NCBI GenBank assembly: GCA_964016885.1
Contig: OZ024741.1
Span: forward strand, 181,040,001 to 181,104,000
Direction: 5' to 3'
DNA from: Eledone cirrhosa
Taxonomy: Eukaryota
DNA: 64,000 nt
Shown here piece after piece: positions 1 through 11,123 of this stretch. The translations under genes and the position numbers were made by a program. The first letter of the stretch is position 1, and the number at the start of each line of letters is the position of its first letter. The notes beneath the pieces are model-generated. The model had not been told where the DNA came from. It saw only the letters and a list, made by a program, of their open reading frames with translations, and did no database searches.

Positions 1-369
1 CTATGGCAATGGAAGAAGGTTTCAAAGAAGATAGATATGGTGTCCCTCTTTTTAGCTGAATTGCAGTCAACCTACATTTTCCCTCTAATATGTAAGGCAT
101 ATGAAAGAATGAAGTGCTAGGGAAAGAAGTGGAAGGAAATTTCAAAAAGATATAGGCAGAGATAGTGAAAACTGATCTCAAGAAACTACATCTCCCAAAG
201 GAGATAACAATTGAAAAAAACAAGTGAAGCTTGTCTAACCCCTACAAGCATGGAAAATTGGATGTAAAAATAATGATGATGGTGATATTGTTTTAAAAGT
301 ATTTTGTTAAAAATAATAAATATCAACAGTTTTTTTTTTAAATTCTTTTATCTATTTCTTTTTCCCAAG

Positions 370-501
370 ACCAATAATATTCTCCATTCAAAGTGAAAGG
401 TTGTTTGAAGCAGATTTTGTCTTAGCAACCCTTGATGAGAAGGAAGATAATATATGTAGTCAAGCTTTATCAAATAGCAGGAAAACTAACCACACAAAAA
501 G
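370..501 (+). CDS. RAD9A: RAD9 checkpoint clamp subunit, internal coding exon (upstream exons outside the window)
   Basis: Polypyrimidine tract + AAG acceptor, AG|GTAGGA donor. Encodes (R)PIIFSIQSERLFEADFVLATLDEKED, matching the RAD9 clamp C-terminal motif (human RPAIFTIKDSLLDGHFVLATL). Phase 2/2, consistent with the next exon. Confidence 0.88.
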
Positions 502-1613
502 GTAGGATTACTATTTTAAAACTTATTACCCTGTAATGACTTAGTAGAAAATATTTCAAAATGGTTTGTAAATTCAAACGTTTAGTATTTTTATTAGTAG
601 AGAGGTCTTTGTGGAAATTTGTAGTAAACTAACGTAAAGACTTACATTTTTAATGTGATGTAGTTATAGTGCTGATTTGTACTTTTGAAGAATGTCTTGC
701 TAATGCAGTTTCATGTGGTACAGACATTAAGAGTTAACACTATATTTACTGTTACTCAAGGTTATTAATTTCAACTTAGTTGAAAGAAGATAGCATATTT
801 GTTGATTGTTTTAAAGGCTGACTTCAAACATTCACCCCTCTCTGAAGCTGAGCAACCTTTCTGTGCTTTATACATATCACACCTGCCTAACTCACCTACA
901 CACCAAAACACACACCCAACACACACAAGCTAGGCCAACACACTATTGTATCATACGCACATGAACCCACAACTTAAAAAAAGACACACAACATTTCTCC
1001 TTCTATGTATATATTTATATATGTGTGTGAGTGAGCGAAGGGCACCACACAAGAAACCATTGTCTAAAAAGAGTTGTGAGGACTCTTCAGTTGTGTCACA
1101 GTACGACAACCTCTCTAGTGTTGGTGATCTATATGATAATTGCATCCAGTACGTACTGTAAAGTGATTGGTGATAGGAAGGGCATCCAGCCATAGAAAGC
1201 TTACCAAACAAAGGTTTGGTGAATGCTTCAGTTGTGTCAAGGATATGACAAGCTCTCTTATGCTGGTGCACTTGCTAGAATGTGGGACCATACATGAGAT
1301 GCAGACCCCTCAGCCTGTCTGGGAGGTCAGTTACCTTGCTTCAGTACTAACTTGGTCTATGAAAACCCTCTTAACAACCCTTTTTTGCAAAGAAAGTAGA
1401 TATTAGATAATGATGGCAATGTATATAATATATATGTTAGTAGAAATAGAAGCTTTCGCTGTATTTTTTACTAAAGAAATTTTAGCCTGATAGTGGGGTT
1501 TAAAACCCTCTAAAAAATGGAAAAAGATGAGTATTGACTAGTCCTTGACAACATGTCTAATCCTTGTTAGCAGGGAAAACAATCATGATGATGATGATTT
1601 TTTTTTTTTCCAG

Positions 1614-1697
1614 CAAACAATCCAGTGTTTTTGCACATCCATCTAAAATACCATCAAAAAAGACAAAAGTTCCACATACAGAAGCTACAGATAATAT
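1614..1697 (+). CDS. RAD9A: RAD9 coding exon (disordered tail)
   Basis: T-run + CCAG acceptor, GTAAGT donor, 84 nt, phase 2/2, open frame KQSSVFAHPSKIPSKKTKVPHTEATDN. Supported by splice and phase logic, not by a recognised motif. Confidence 0.7.
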
Positions 1698-1770
1698 GTA
1701 AGTTAACAGTTTCCTGAGTTGATATGATGATAGTTTAGTTCACTGCACTCCTGCTTCTCCTGGAATCCGT

Positions 1771-2217
1771 TAGATGGCTCGACGTCATCAGTTTCCAAAA
1801 TTCATAGCTAAAGGCTTTCAAATGGTTATTCATAAACATACCATGTATCACTAGACATACAAAATACTCATACTTATGTATATACAGCTATGTTAGAGCA
1901 AACACTTTAATTCTATTTTCTGGCCGAGCCAGTCAACAGCTCATTATGCAAATCACCCTAATCAGCCCATGTACATAAATGTCAAAACCATATGTTTTGA
2001 TTATATTGACTTCCAGCAAAAAGCAGGGTTAGGTAGCACTGCCTTGATAATGACCAGAGTCAGAAACAATAATCATTGTCGACAGTTACCCACCTTTTCT
2101 TCTGCCAGAAACCGGTAGATGACTCTATGTCATCAGTTTCCAAAATTCATAGATGAAGCCTTTCAAATATTTATTCATAAACATACTGTATATCGCTAGA
2201 CATACAAAATACTCATA
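1771..2217. repeat. ~100-bp direct repeats (1771-1871, 2116-2217) in a RAD9 intron
   Basis: GTCATCAGTTTCCAAAATTCATAG...CTTTCAAAT..TTATTCATAAACATAC...CTAGACATACAAAATACTCATA occurs twice. Confidence 0.82.
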
Positions 2218-2278
2218 ATGATATATATATATATCACCATCATCATCATCATATATATATATATATATATATATATGC

Positions 2279-2312
<34 letters not shown>

Positions 2313-3625
2313 ATTAATGTATATTACATATGTATATTATGTATTATGTGTTTATATACATGCATATATGACCTATATACCGTATATAGACCTACCCAAA
2401 ATATCACTATGAGCAAAGTACAGCCAACTGGCCAGACCCTCCTCATAATGGTGCCACCTAGTTCCACACTGTTAACGTGGTTAACAGTAGGAAGGGCATC
2501 TAGCAGCCGTAAAAAACCACCCAACAAACAGTTGCAATATGTGCAAGGTACGGTGTGGCCAACTGGCCAGCCCTTCATCATAACAAGACCACCCAGCTCC
2601 CAAAATTCGGTTCCACTTTCAGTGTAGGGTACAGCACAGCCGACTGGCCAGGCCCTCTTCATATCAGTGTCACCCAGTCCTACACTGTAAACAGGGTTGG
2701 TATTAGGAAGGGCATCCAGCTGTAAAAATCCCAGCCAAAATACAGTTCCGTTTGAGCAAAGTATGGCGCGGCCAACTGGCCAGACTTGTATCGTAACAAG
2801 GACGACTCGTCTAACCCATGCAAGCATGGAAAAATAGATGTTTAACAATGATGTTGATGATGATGATGAGAGAGAGAAAGTGGAATTGGAAATAACATGA
2901 AAAATATATTTAAAGGATCTGATTTTCTTTTTTTCTTCTTTGATTCGTCAAAATGACATTATTGAAAAAATGAAAGGAACAATTTAAAAAAAAAACAGGA
3001 GTTTTATATTGTATATGAAGTTGGAAGATCACTGATGAAGGACTAATTTTATTCATAAGTAACCCATGTGTAACCACGCAACACTCCATTTTTCTTATAT
3101 TTATATTTTTTCCTCAGCTGCGATTGTCTGTTTCTTTCTTACTGCTTCCCCTCTCTCTGTATCTCTCACCTTCTTTTTACCCCCCTCTGCCATTCACACT
3201 CTCTCTCGGCTGGTCTCTTCCTCACACTTCCACTCACTCACTCTCTGCTTCTCCCCCTCTCTCACTTCCTCCCGTTTGACCTGTGTGAAATCCTTTTCTC
3301 GCTCACATCTCACCCATGTCGGATGGTCTGTATCTCTCGTCCATGAATTCACCAAGCTTAAGCTTATAGATATCATGTACTTGTCTCTTCCTATCTTTCC
3401 ATTGCAATACCATCTTTGTTTACATGTCTCGCTCGCTTCACGCTATTTTACTTGTCCCAATAACTTTATTTAGTTATTGCTCGCACCAACTAGAGGTATA
3501 TGATTTTTAAAGCGATGAAATACCAATGAAGGTTGGAAGATCACTGATGAAGGACTAATTTTATTCCTATATATATATTACATAAAATATATAATATATA
3601 TATTTATATGTATATAATTATTTAG

Positions 3626-3848
3626 GCCTGATCCCTACCAATTGGATGCAGATGATTCTTTCAATGATGATTCCATCTTTGTGGAGTGGGATGATTTAAC
3701 AGTGAATGATCCTGGTGACATCAGCACTCCTAACATTCAACCACAACCAGAAAGATCACTAAGCAGCAAGCATACAGTTAACTCTCATACAAAACCTTCT
3801 GGAAATGAATCTCAAGAAGAATCTAACAGTCCAGTTATAGCAATTCAA
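3626..3848 (+). CDS. RAD9A: RAD9 coding exon (acidic, Ser-rich tail)
   Basis: TTTAG acceptor, CAA|GTAAGT donor, phase 2/0. Frame of ORF 3642-3941 (PDPYQLDADDSFNDDSIFVEWDDL...SPVIAIQ). Confidence 0.78.
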
Positions 3849-4522
3849 GTAAGTAGAAATAAGAATATCTTTGTTGCCTTTTCCCTATTTCAACTTCAAC
3901 TATTTCATCTATTTTTTAGGTGTAAACCTTTGAATCTTTAAAAGATCTTTATTGTTTTTAATATATGGCGGTGAATTATGTATGTGTTTGCTTGCCTCTC
4001 TCTTCTCTTCTCTTCATATCTGATATCACTAATGCGGGTGCTAATATTTGATTTCATCCCACATAAAGTGAAGCCCTTACAACATTAGATAGAATGTTTT
4101 GTTCTGAGTTCAAAACCTGCCAAGGTCAACTTTGCCTTTTATATTTTCAAGGTTCATAAATGAATAATCAGTCCAGTAAAGGATTGATTCTTCCTCTATA
4201 TATCTTTCTCACTTTCTCTCTCTCTCTCTCCTTCTCTGAAAGAAATCAGCTATGTTCAGAGCTGAGACAGGATGGGCTCTGCCAGATATAAAATGTCCAA
4301 GAAATATCACTAAGAGTTCATACATGCATATTTACAATCAGTATCATTCAGATTTTTCACGTTAAACTGATTTTTCTTCTATAAAATTGGGAATGATATT
4401 GAAGTCAATAATAATAGTTTCTGATTTAGGCACAAGGCCAGCAATTTTTTTTGGGGGGAGAGGAAAGTTGATTAAATCGACCCCAGTGCGTGATCCACCA
4501 CCCTATTGAAGTCAATAATAAT

Positions 4523-4704
4523 TGTTTCTACTTTTGGCACAAGGCCAGCAATTAACCCAGTGTGTTACTGGTACTTTATTTTATCGACCCCGTAAGGATG
4601 AAAGGCAAAGTTAACCTCAGCAGGATTTGAATTCAGACCATAAAGGGCCGTAACTCTTTGCTGCAAAGCATGGCGTCAGACCCTCTACTGATACTGCCAA
4701 TCCA
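4523..4704 (-). mobile_element. tRNA-derived SINE copy
   Basis: Reverse complement of 47541-47729. Confidence 0.85.
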
Positions 4705-4799
4705 AGAGATTCATTTACATTGCTAAATCGGTAGAGCACCAAGAGTTTACAGTGATGCCAATATTAACAATGTTATCATTTTCACTCAACATTAAACCT

Positions 4800-5330
4800 A
4801 TCAAGTACATGTTGGAGATCACTTTCTGATGAGTTAAGTAATTCCATGTCATCTTAAAATTCCAGTTGACTGATTCTACACCCACCAGTCATGATACCAC
4901 TTTCAACCCAGCTGCGCATGTCAATCCTGTTTCTGAAGATTATGAACAAAAGCAGTGACACTCCACACACTTCATGGAGTCTGACTTCCACATTGAATGG
5001 TTTCGATTTAGCACCATTTATCTGAACACAAATACTAGGGCATTCATGTAGAGATGTCACGGCAACAAGAAGCTGTCCGTTGATCTCATATTCCTGCAGA
5101 AGTGTCCATAGCATGTCCTGTAGAATGAGGTCATATGCCTTTTCAAGGTCTACAAAGTCAGAATACACCTCTTGGTAGTAATCCCACTATTTCTCAAAGA
5201 CCTGCCACAGTGTGAAATTTAGGCTGACTGTACTGTGTTTGGGGCGAAAACTACACTGTTCATCAGCTAGCTTGGACTTGACAATCTTCTTACATCTCTT
5301 TGCCAAACACTTAGCATAGACTTTACTAAG
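4800..5330 (-). mobile_element. Degenerate LINE RT fragment in a RAD9 intron
   Basis: Minus-strand translations KVYAKCLAKRCKKIVKSKLADEQCSFRPKHST and DFVDLEKAYD...SKPFNVEVRLHEVCGVSLLLFIIF, with frameshifts. Confidence 0.8.
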
Positions 5331-5354
5331 AAATATATTTTTATTCTGTTGCAG

Positions 5355-5456
5355 GCCATTCCCAAGCTTAACCTCCATGTCTCAAAAGAAAATAACAGTG
5401 AAGACAATGATAGCGATAGTGAAGATGTCATTCCTGGAACACCTCCAAGTAAAAAG
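5355..5456 (+). CDS. RAD9A: RAD9 penultimate coding exon
   Basis: TTGCAG acceptor, AAG|GTAAGA donor, 102 nt, phase 0/0. Encodes ...DNDSDSEDVIPGTPPSKK (human RAD9A VPGTPPPKK). Confidence 0.9.
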
Positions 5457-5479
5457 GTAAGAATTGAACACCAACCACA

Positions 5480-6100
5480 GCACATCAAGCATTTTAAGGC
5501 CATGTCCCTACTAAAGCAGGTGTTAGCCTTCTGTAGCCCCATGACAAGCTTATCCATTTTACCCTAGTCTTTTCAATTCTCTCGCCAACCCCTTAACTTC
5601 TATTTCCCCCTTCTACTTCCTTTCACATTCATTTCCATCATTCTTTTCAGTTAGTCACTTTCATTTTTCCTCAACACATTTCCTGGCCATCTTATTCCAT
5701 TTCTCTTCACAACATTCATCACTGGTCCTTTTCCCATCTTATTCTGCATTTCATTATTTGTCTTCTTATTTATATGTGATATTTCACTCATCCACATATC
5801 AATTCTCATTTCCATTCTTTCCAGCTTTCTCTGCTGCTCTACGTTCATCACCCATGTCTCACTCCAATAAGTCATAGCACTACTCAGACGTGCAGCATAT
5901 GCTTTTATCTTCTGTTTTAGCAATACTCTCCTTTTTATTAACTCATCACTCAGTTCCTTTGACTTCTTCTATGCACATATCACGCTAGCCACCATCAGTC
6001 AGTCTAACCCACCTCCTCCATTGAACGTGTCCCCTAGATAACATTTTTTCACAACTTCCATCTTCACACTATTCCTAAGATTCAATCAACATCGTTTCCA
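5480..6100 (-). mobile_element. Degenerate RTE-like LINE 3' fragment
   Basis: YLGDTFNGGGG, SAMTYWSETW...KLERMEMR...IRWPGNVLRK. A related 3' end lies at 20360-20620 (+). Confidence 0.75.
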
Positions 6101-7099
6101 TTTACAACTTCCCCTCCATACACATAAATACACTTAAATATTTTTATATAGTGTAAATATCAAAAATATCAGTTTAAAAAAAGGATTGTAATGTAAATTT
6201 TATGACATGGATGTTATTTAGCCTCAGCACAATATTGATTAAACAAACTTCTAAAAAGACAGGGGCTTGGCTTGTTAGAAATAATAACCAAATCTTCTTC
6301 ATATTCCATGGGTGATGAATGTAGAGCAGTGGGGAAGGCTGAAAAGAACAGAAATAAGAATGTTCCAGTGGATGAATGGAATATCATTGAGAGAAGGGAA
6401 GACAAACAATGAATTGTAGAGGATGATAGGACGAGAATCAGTGCTGAATGTTGTGGAGAGAAATGAAATGAGATGTTGAAGAAAGATGAAAGGAACTGAG
6501 TGAAAGAAATAATGGAAATGAATGTGGAAGGAAGTAGAGGATGGGAAAAATGAAGAAAAGCTAGGCTAAAAATGATGAAGGAGGAAATGAAAGTTGGCAG
6601 GGAAAGTATTCAGATGATAGGGAAAAAATGGATAAGCTTGTCATGAGGCCTGCATGACTATCCTCTGCTTTAACATGGAAGATTGCTTGTTGTTACATTT
6701 ATCCCACCCTTGCAGTCTTAAAATAGGACATGCTAGATAATGATACTGGTTTTCTTGCACATAGGAAAAAAATGGTTTGGTCATAGCTAGAATGTTTTTG
6801 ATCATAAGTCAGTTTCATCAGAGCTGTCCTGGGGCTAATAAAAACAACGGAATCACAATTTGATCTTAGATCTGCTTGATCAAGGCTAACCTGGAGCTAA
6901 ACAGCATCATAATTTTATTGCCTTTCCTTTATTTCTTTTAAAGTTGATACGTATGTGTTAAACAGGTCACCCAAGCAGCTTCTCTCTCTAACATACCCTA
7001 TATACAAAGCCTGACCTTCTAAGATCTAATCTAATTACTCCAGTCTTTTTTTGTTTAACTATACTACTTATGTTATTTCTTTCTTTTATTGTTATGCAG

Positions 7100-7186
7100 T
7101 TTAAATCATTATTGTTCGGATCATCTCAACAGAGTGAGAAAGAAAGTGCCCCCGTGTTAGCCATGGATACTGATGATGAGGATTAA
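7100..7186 (+). CDS. RAD9A: RAD9 terminal coding exon
   Basis: ATGCAG acceptor. Encodes FKSLLFGSSQQSEKESAPVLAMDTDDED*, matching human RAD9A FRSLFFGS...PVLAEDSEGEG*. TAA at 7184-7186. Confidence 0.92.
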   Translation, partial: FKSLLFGSSQQSEKESAPVLAMDTDDED

Positions 7187-7327
7187 TAGCTATAACACAC
7201 TTCACACCATTCAACCATACATTGTTCAGTCAACCAATGCTTTACACAGTTTTAATGCTTTACACAAAAGAAAAAACTTTGAGAAAAGAAAATGTATCTG
7301 TTTCTGCCTTGTTTATTGTCTAAAATG

Positions 7328-7390
<63 letters not shown>

Positions 7391-7649
7391 AAATAATTGC
7401 TAAAAATACAGATTGTAAACATTTAAAAAATTCATATATTATGAGTGATTCATATGATGAAGATTGGATTTTTAAATTGATAGAGAGCAAGCAAACAAAA
7501 ATGATACAACATATTTGTGACATAACTTCAATGTATGTGTTGTGCAAAGAGACAAATAGACTCCAGGATATATTTTCAAGCACTGTTTTATAGAAGGTAA
7601 GTTAACAGAGAGCATGTCAGATTGTTGCTACTTCACTTTACTACAGGAA

Positions 7650-7900
7650 AGTGTGTGGCCTAGTGGTTAGGCTTTAATGGTGTGGGTTTGATTCCTGGAC
7701 CAGCTGGTGCATTGTGCTCTTGAGCAAAACATTTCAATTCATGTTAATCAGTCAATTCAGCTGAAAATGAGTACCACCAGCAGTAGCAACTTAACTTTAC
7801 AATGGACTGACATCCTGTTCAGAGAAAGACTTATTCTCTCAGTTGCTTAACACCAAAGAAACCTGGCTAAGCTCCTACCCAATGAGCATCTTGGCTTGGA
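7650..7900 (+). mobile_element. Older tRNA-derived SINE family (other copies ~10790-10940 -, ~12780-13000, ~16520-16800, ~40010-40260, ~40555-40760)
   Basis: GGCCTAGTGGTTAGG A-box, GGTTTGATTCC B-box, TTGAGCAA.ACA..T core shared among diverged copies. Confidence 0.65.
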
Positions 7901-8959
7901 TAGACTTTAATCCTTTTTTTTTTTTTTATGTATATCCCTAATGTTTTGAGGTAAAACATGAATCTCATAACATCAATTTCACTTCCCTTAAACCCATAAG
8001 CTTAATGTATATTTGCAAAAGGGAATAGTCAGTCATTCCAGATTATTTTCTATGTCAGAAATGTATTTGCTTAAAAAAGGGGAATATTTATTTTAATTTT
8101 TTTACAGATTTACATATATTTAAAAAAATAAATAAATAAATAAAATAAAATGTATTTTGTTTTTATTCAATTAGATTTTACATTTTCATTAACTTTTAAA
8201 TACATAATCTGGAAATGTAAATTCAGAAAATATATATAAGAAAATAAATGTATATAGTTACTTGATATTTTATGGAAACTTCTGGAACTGAGATTCAGCA
8301 GAACTTATAACGTGATTAAATTGGGTGATTTATGCACTAAAAATAGGAATTGCTCATCACTTTCAATATAATTATTTTTTTTATATAAATTCAATATGAT
8401 TTTTGTTTCAATTTTCTCTTGGAGGCTAACTAGTCTGGAAATGATAGAACCACATTTTACCTTTTTATTACCATAATTCTAATGAAAGACACTGCCTATA
8501 ATTTTCAAATAATTATGAAAATAATTGGGAATTTGGAGGCATTTAGTAATATGACTAAATTTCTCATTAAAATGCTGTTTGGAATATATTTAACAAAGGT
8601 TCTTACATAAAATTATGACACGACAAACCCTTCTCAGTATGAAACCACATTTTGGCAGCCTGGGACTGGATGGCACTGCTATGTGGAGAGACAGGCCAGT
8701 TGGCCGAACCAAACTTTTCACACAGTGGACCCTCAGTTTAGGTATTGGATACTGCATGACTCCCTTTCTCACAGTGGCACCCCAGTTTCGGAGCCAGGCA
8801 CTCTCCATGCGACAAACTCTTCTCAATACGAAATCACATATTACTTCTGGAGCCCCACACTGGATGACCTTGATGAATCTCTCATGGGCCTGCCATCGAT
8901 TGTGTTTGGGGTGTGGGTTTGGATAGTGCCATTTTGAGTTGAGTCTGTATGTCAGAGAA

Positions 8960-9650
8960 GACAATCATGTCTTGGAGAGCAGTCACTCTGAATAAATAAG
9001 CCAGTACAGGGTAAACTTGGATTCTGTATGTCAGAGTGTTTGCTCCCCAAGATGGGATAATCCCATCTTGGAGGGCAAACACTCTGAATAAATATGACTA
9101 CATTGGATGGAACTGAGCTCCACAAGATATGAAGAAGGCAGCCCACCTAGGAGATCAGACACTCCAAATAAATAAGACTACACAGGGTAGATGTAGGCTC
9201 TGTAAGACACAAAAAAGACAACCTGTCAAGGAGAGCAGACGTTCCAAATGAATAAGACTGCACAGGGTAGAAGTGAGCTCCCTAAGTCATAGAGAAGGCA
9301 ACCTGTTTAGTGATCAGTCACTCCAAATAAGACTGCACAGGGTAGAAGTGAGCTCCCTAAGTCATAGAGAAGGCAACCTGTTTAGTGATCAGTCACTCCA
9401 AATAAGACTGCACAGGGTAGAAGTGAGCTCCCTAAGTCATAGAGAAGGCAACCTGTTTAGTGATCAGTCACTCCAAATAAGACTGCACAGGGTAGAAGTG
9501 AGCTCTGTAAGACATGAAGGAGCCAACCCACCTAAAAGAGCAGTCACTTTAAATAAATAAGACTGCACAAGGTAGAGTGGGCTATGTAAGCCACAGGGAA
9601 GACACCTGACTAGGAGAGCAGTCATTCTGAATAAAAAACTGCTACAGTGA
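8960..9650. repeat. Minisatellite: three near-identical 75-bp units (~9256-9505) inside diverged ~79-bp units
   Basis: Unit AAATAAGACTGCACAGGGTAGAAGTGAGCTCCCTAAGTCATAGAGAAGGCAACCTGTTTAGTGATCAGTCACTCC. Confidence 0.9.
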
Positions 9651-10582
9651 AGAGAAGAGCCTTCAATCTTGACAAACAACCGCCCTAGTGTGGGTAGCAT
9701 GATAAAATACACCTAGTACATGCTCTAAAGTGGTTCGTGATAGGGAGGGCATCCAGCTAGACAAGCCCTGCCAACATTTATGAAGAGCACAACGTATGTA
9801 TGTGTGTGTGTGTGTATGTATGTGTTATTGATGAAATTTAAAGTACAATTCCTCCTCAGTGACTGATCAGTCTCATCTGAATGGTGAATCAGATAGTCCA
9901 ATGATTTTATGTACATATATACACACACATATATATATACACACACATATATATATACACACACATATATATATACACACACATATATATATACACACAC
10001 GCATGCATATATATTTATATATAAACGTTTGAATTTGTATATTTATATATATATATATAAGTTTATCGCGTGTTCAATCAGAGGTAACCACAGTAAGTAA
10101 GGTACTCAATACATAGCAGAGTATAAATATTTAATATAGAAATGATCAGGAAGCTTCCTGGTGATTTCTCCCCAATAAAACAGTTCTAGGCCTGTAGAAG
10201 CCATTTCTATATTAAACACACACACAAACTCTAAACCCATGCTAGCGTGGAAGATAGACGTTAAACGATGATGATGACAAATACACACACACACACATAA
10301 ATATATTTATGTGCGCATGTATAAATATATATATATATATATACATTTGTGTATATATGTATGCACATAAACATGATATGCTATGACCATTGTAGCAGCT
10401 GGCTGTTTTACAGCTACTTTTGAGTTCAAGTTTCCTACAATTTCACGAAATATATATATATATATATACACATATTTTCATTTTTCATTTTACGTCCGGT
10501 TTCTCCCTGCTTGCAAGGGTGGGAACGGAACAGATTCTGGCTTGATTTCTACAGCTGGATGCCCTTCCTAACACCAACCTCA

Positions 10583-10738
10583 TTTACAGTGAGTGCTGGG
10601 TGCTTTTTTGCCGTGGTACCTCCACGATCACTTTACAGTGTGGGCTGGGTGCATTTTTGCTGTGGCACCTCCACGACCACTTTACAGTGTGGGCTGGGTG
10701 CTTTTTTGCCGTGGCACCTCCACGACCACTTTGCAGTG
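10583..10738. repeat. 49-bp tandem repeat x3 within an interspersed repeat
   Basis: TTTACAGTGTGGGCTGGGTGCTTTTTTGCCGTGGCACCTCCACGACCAC at 10583, 10632 and 10681. Confidence 0.88.
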
Positions 10739-11066
10739 GAATGATAGGGACCCCAGTCCCTATCATCTCATTTCTACAGCTGAGTAAATTGGAGCAATGT
10801 GAAATAAAGTGTCTTGCTCAAGGAAACAACACACCACCCGGTCTGAGAATTGAACTCACAACCTTTCGATTGCAAGGCCAATGCTCTAACCACTAAGCCA
10901 TGTGCCTCCATCTCTAACCACTAAGCCATGTGCCTCCATATATAGTCTGCAATGTTGAGACTGGAGAGACCACTAATCATGGAAGTAATCAATGCAAGGG
11001 GAGATGCAGAGTGGGTATAGAGATAAGTAAAATCTTGAAACCACTTGGTGCCGCGATCAGGATTTT

Positions 11067-11123
<57 letters not shown>

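Noticed and set aside
9256-9505. CRISPR-like periodic array or 25-aa repeat protein
   Set aside because: Units are head-to-tail with no unique spacers, there are no cas genes, and the context is eukaryotic. No splice or start support for a protein.
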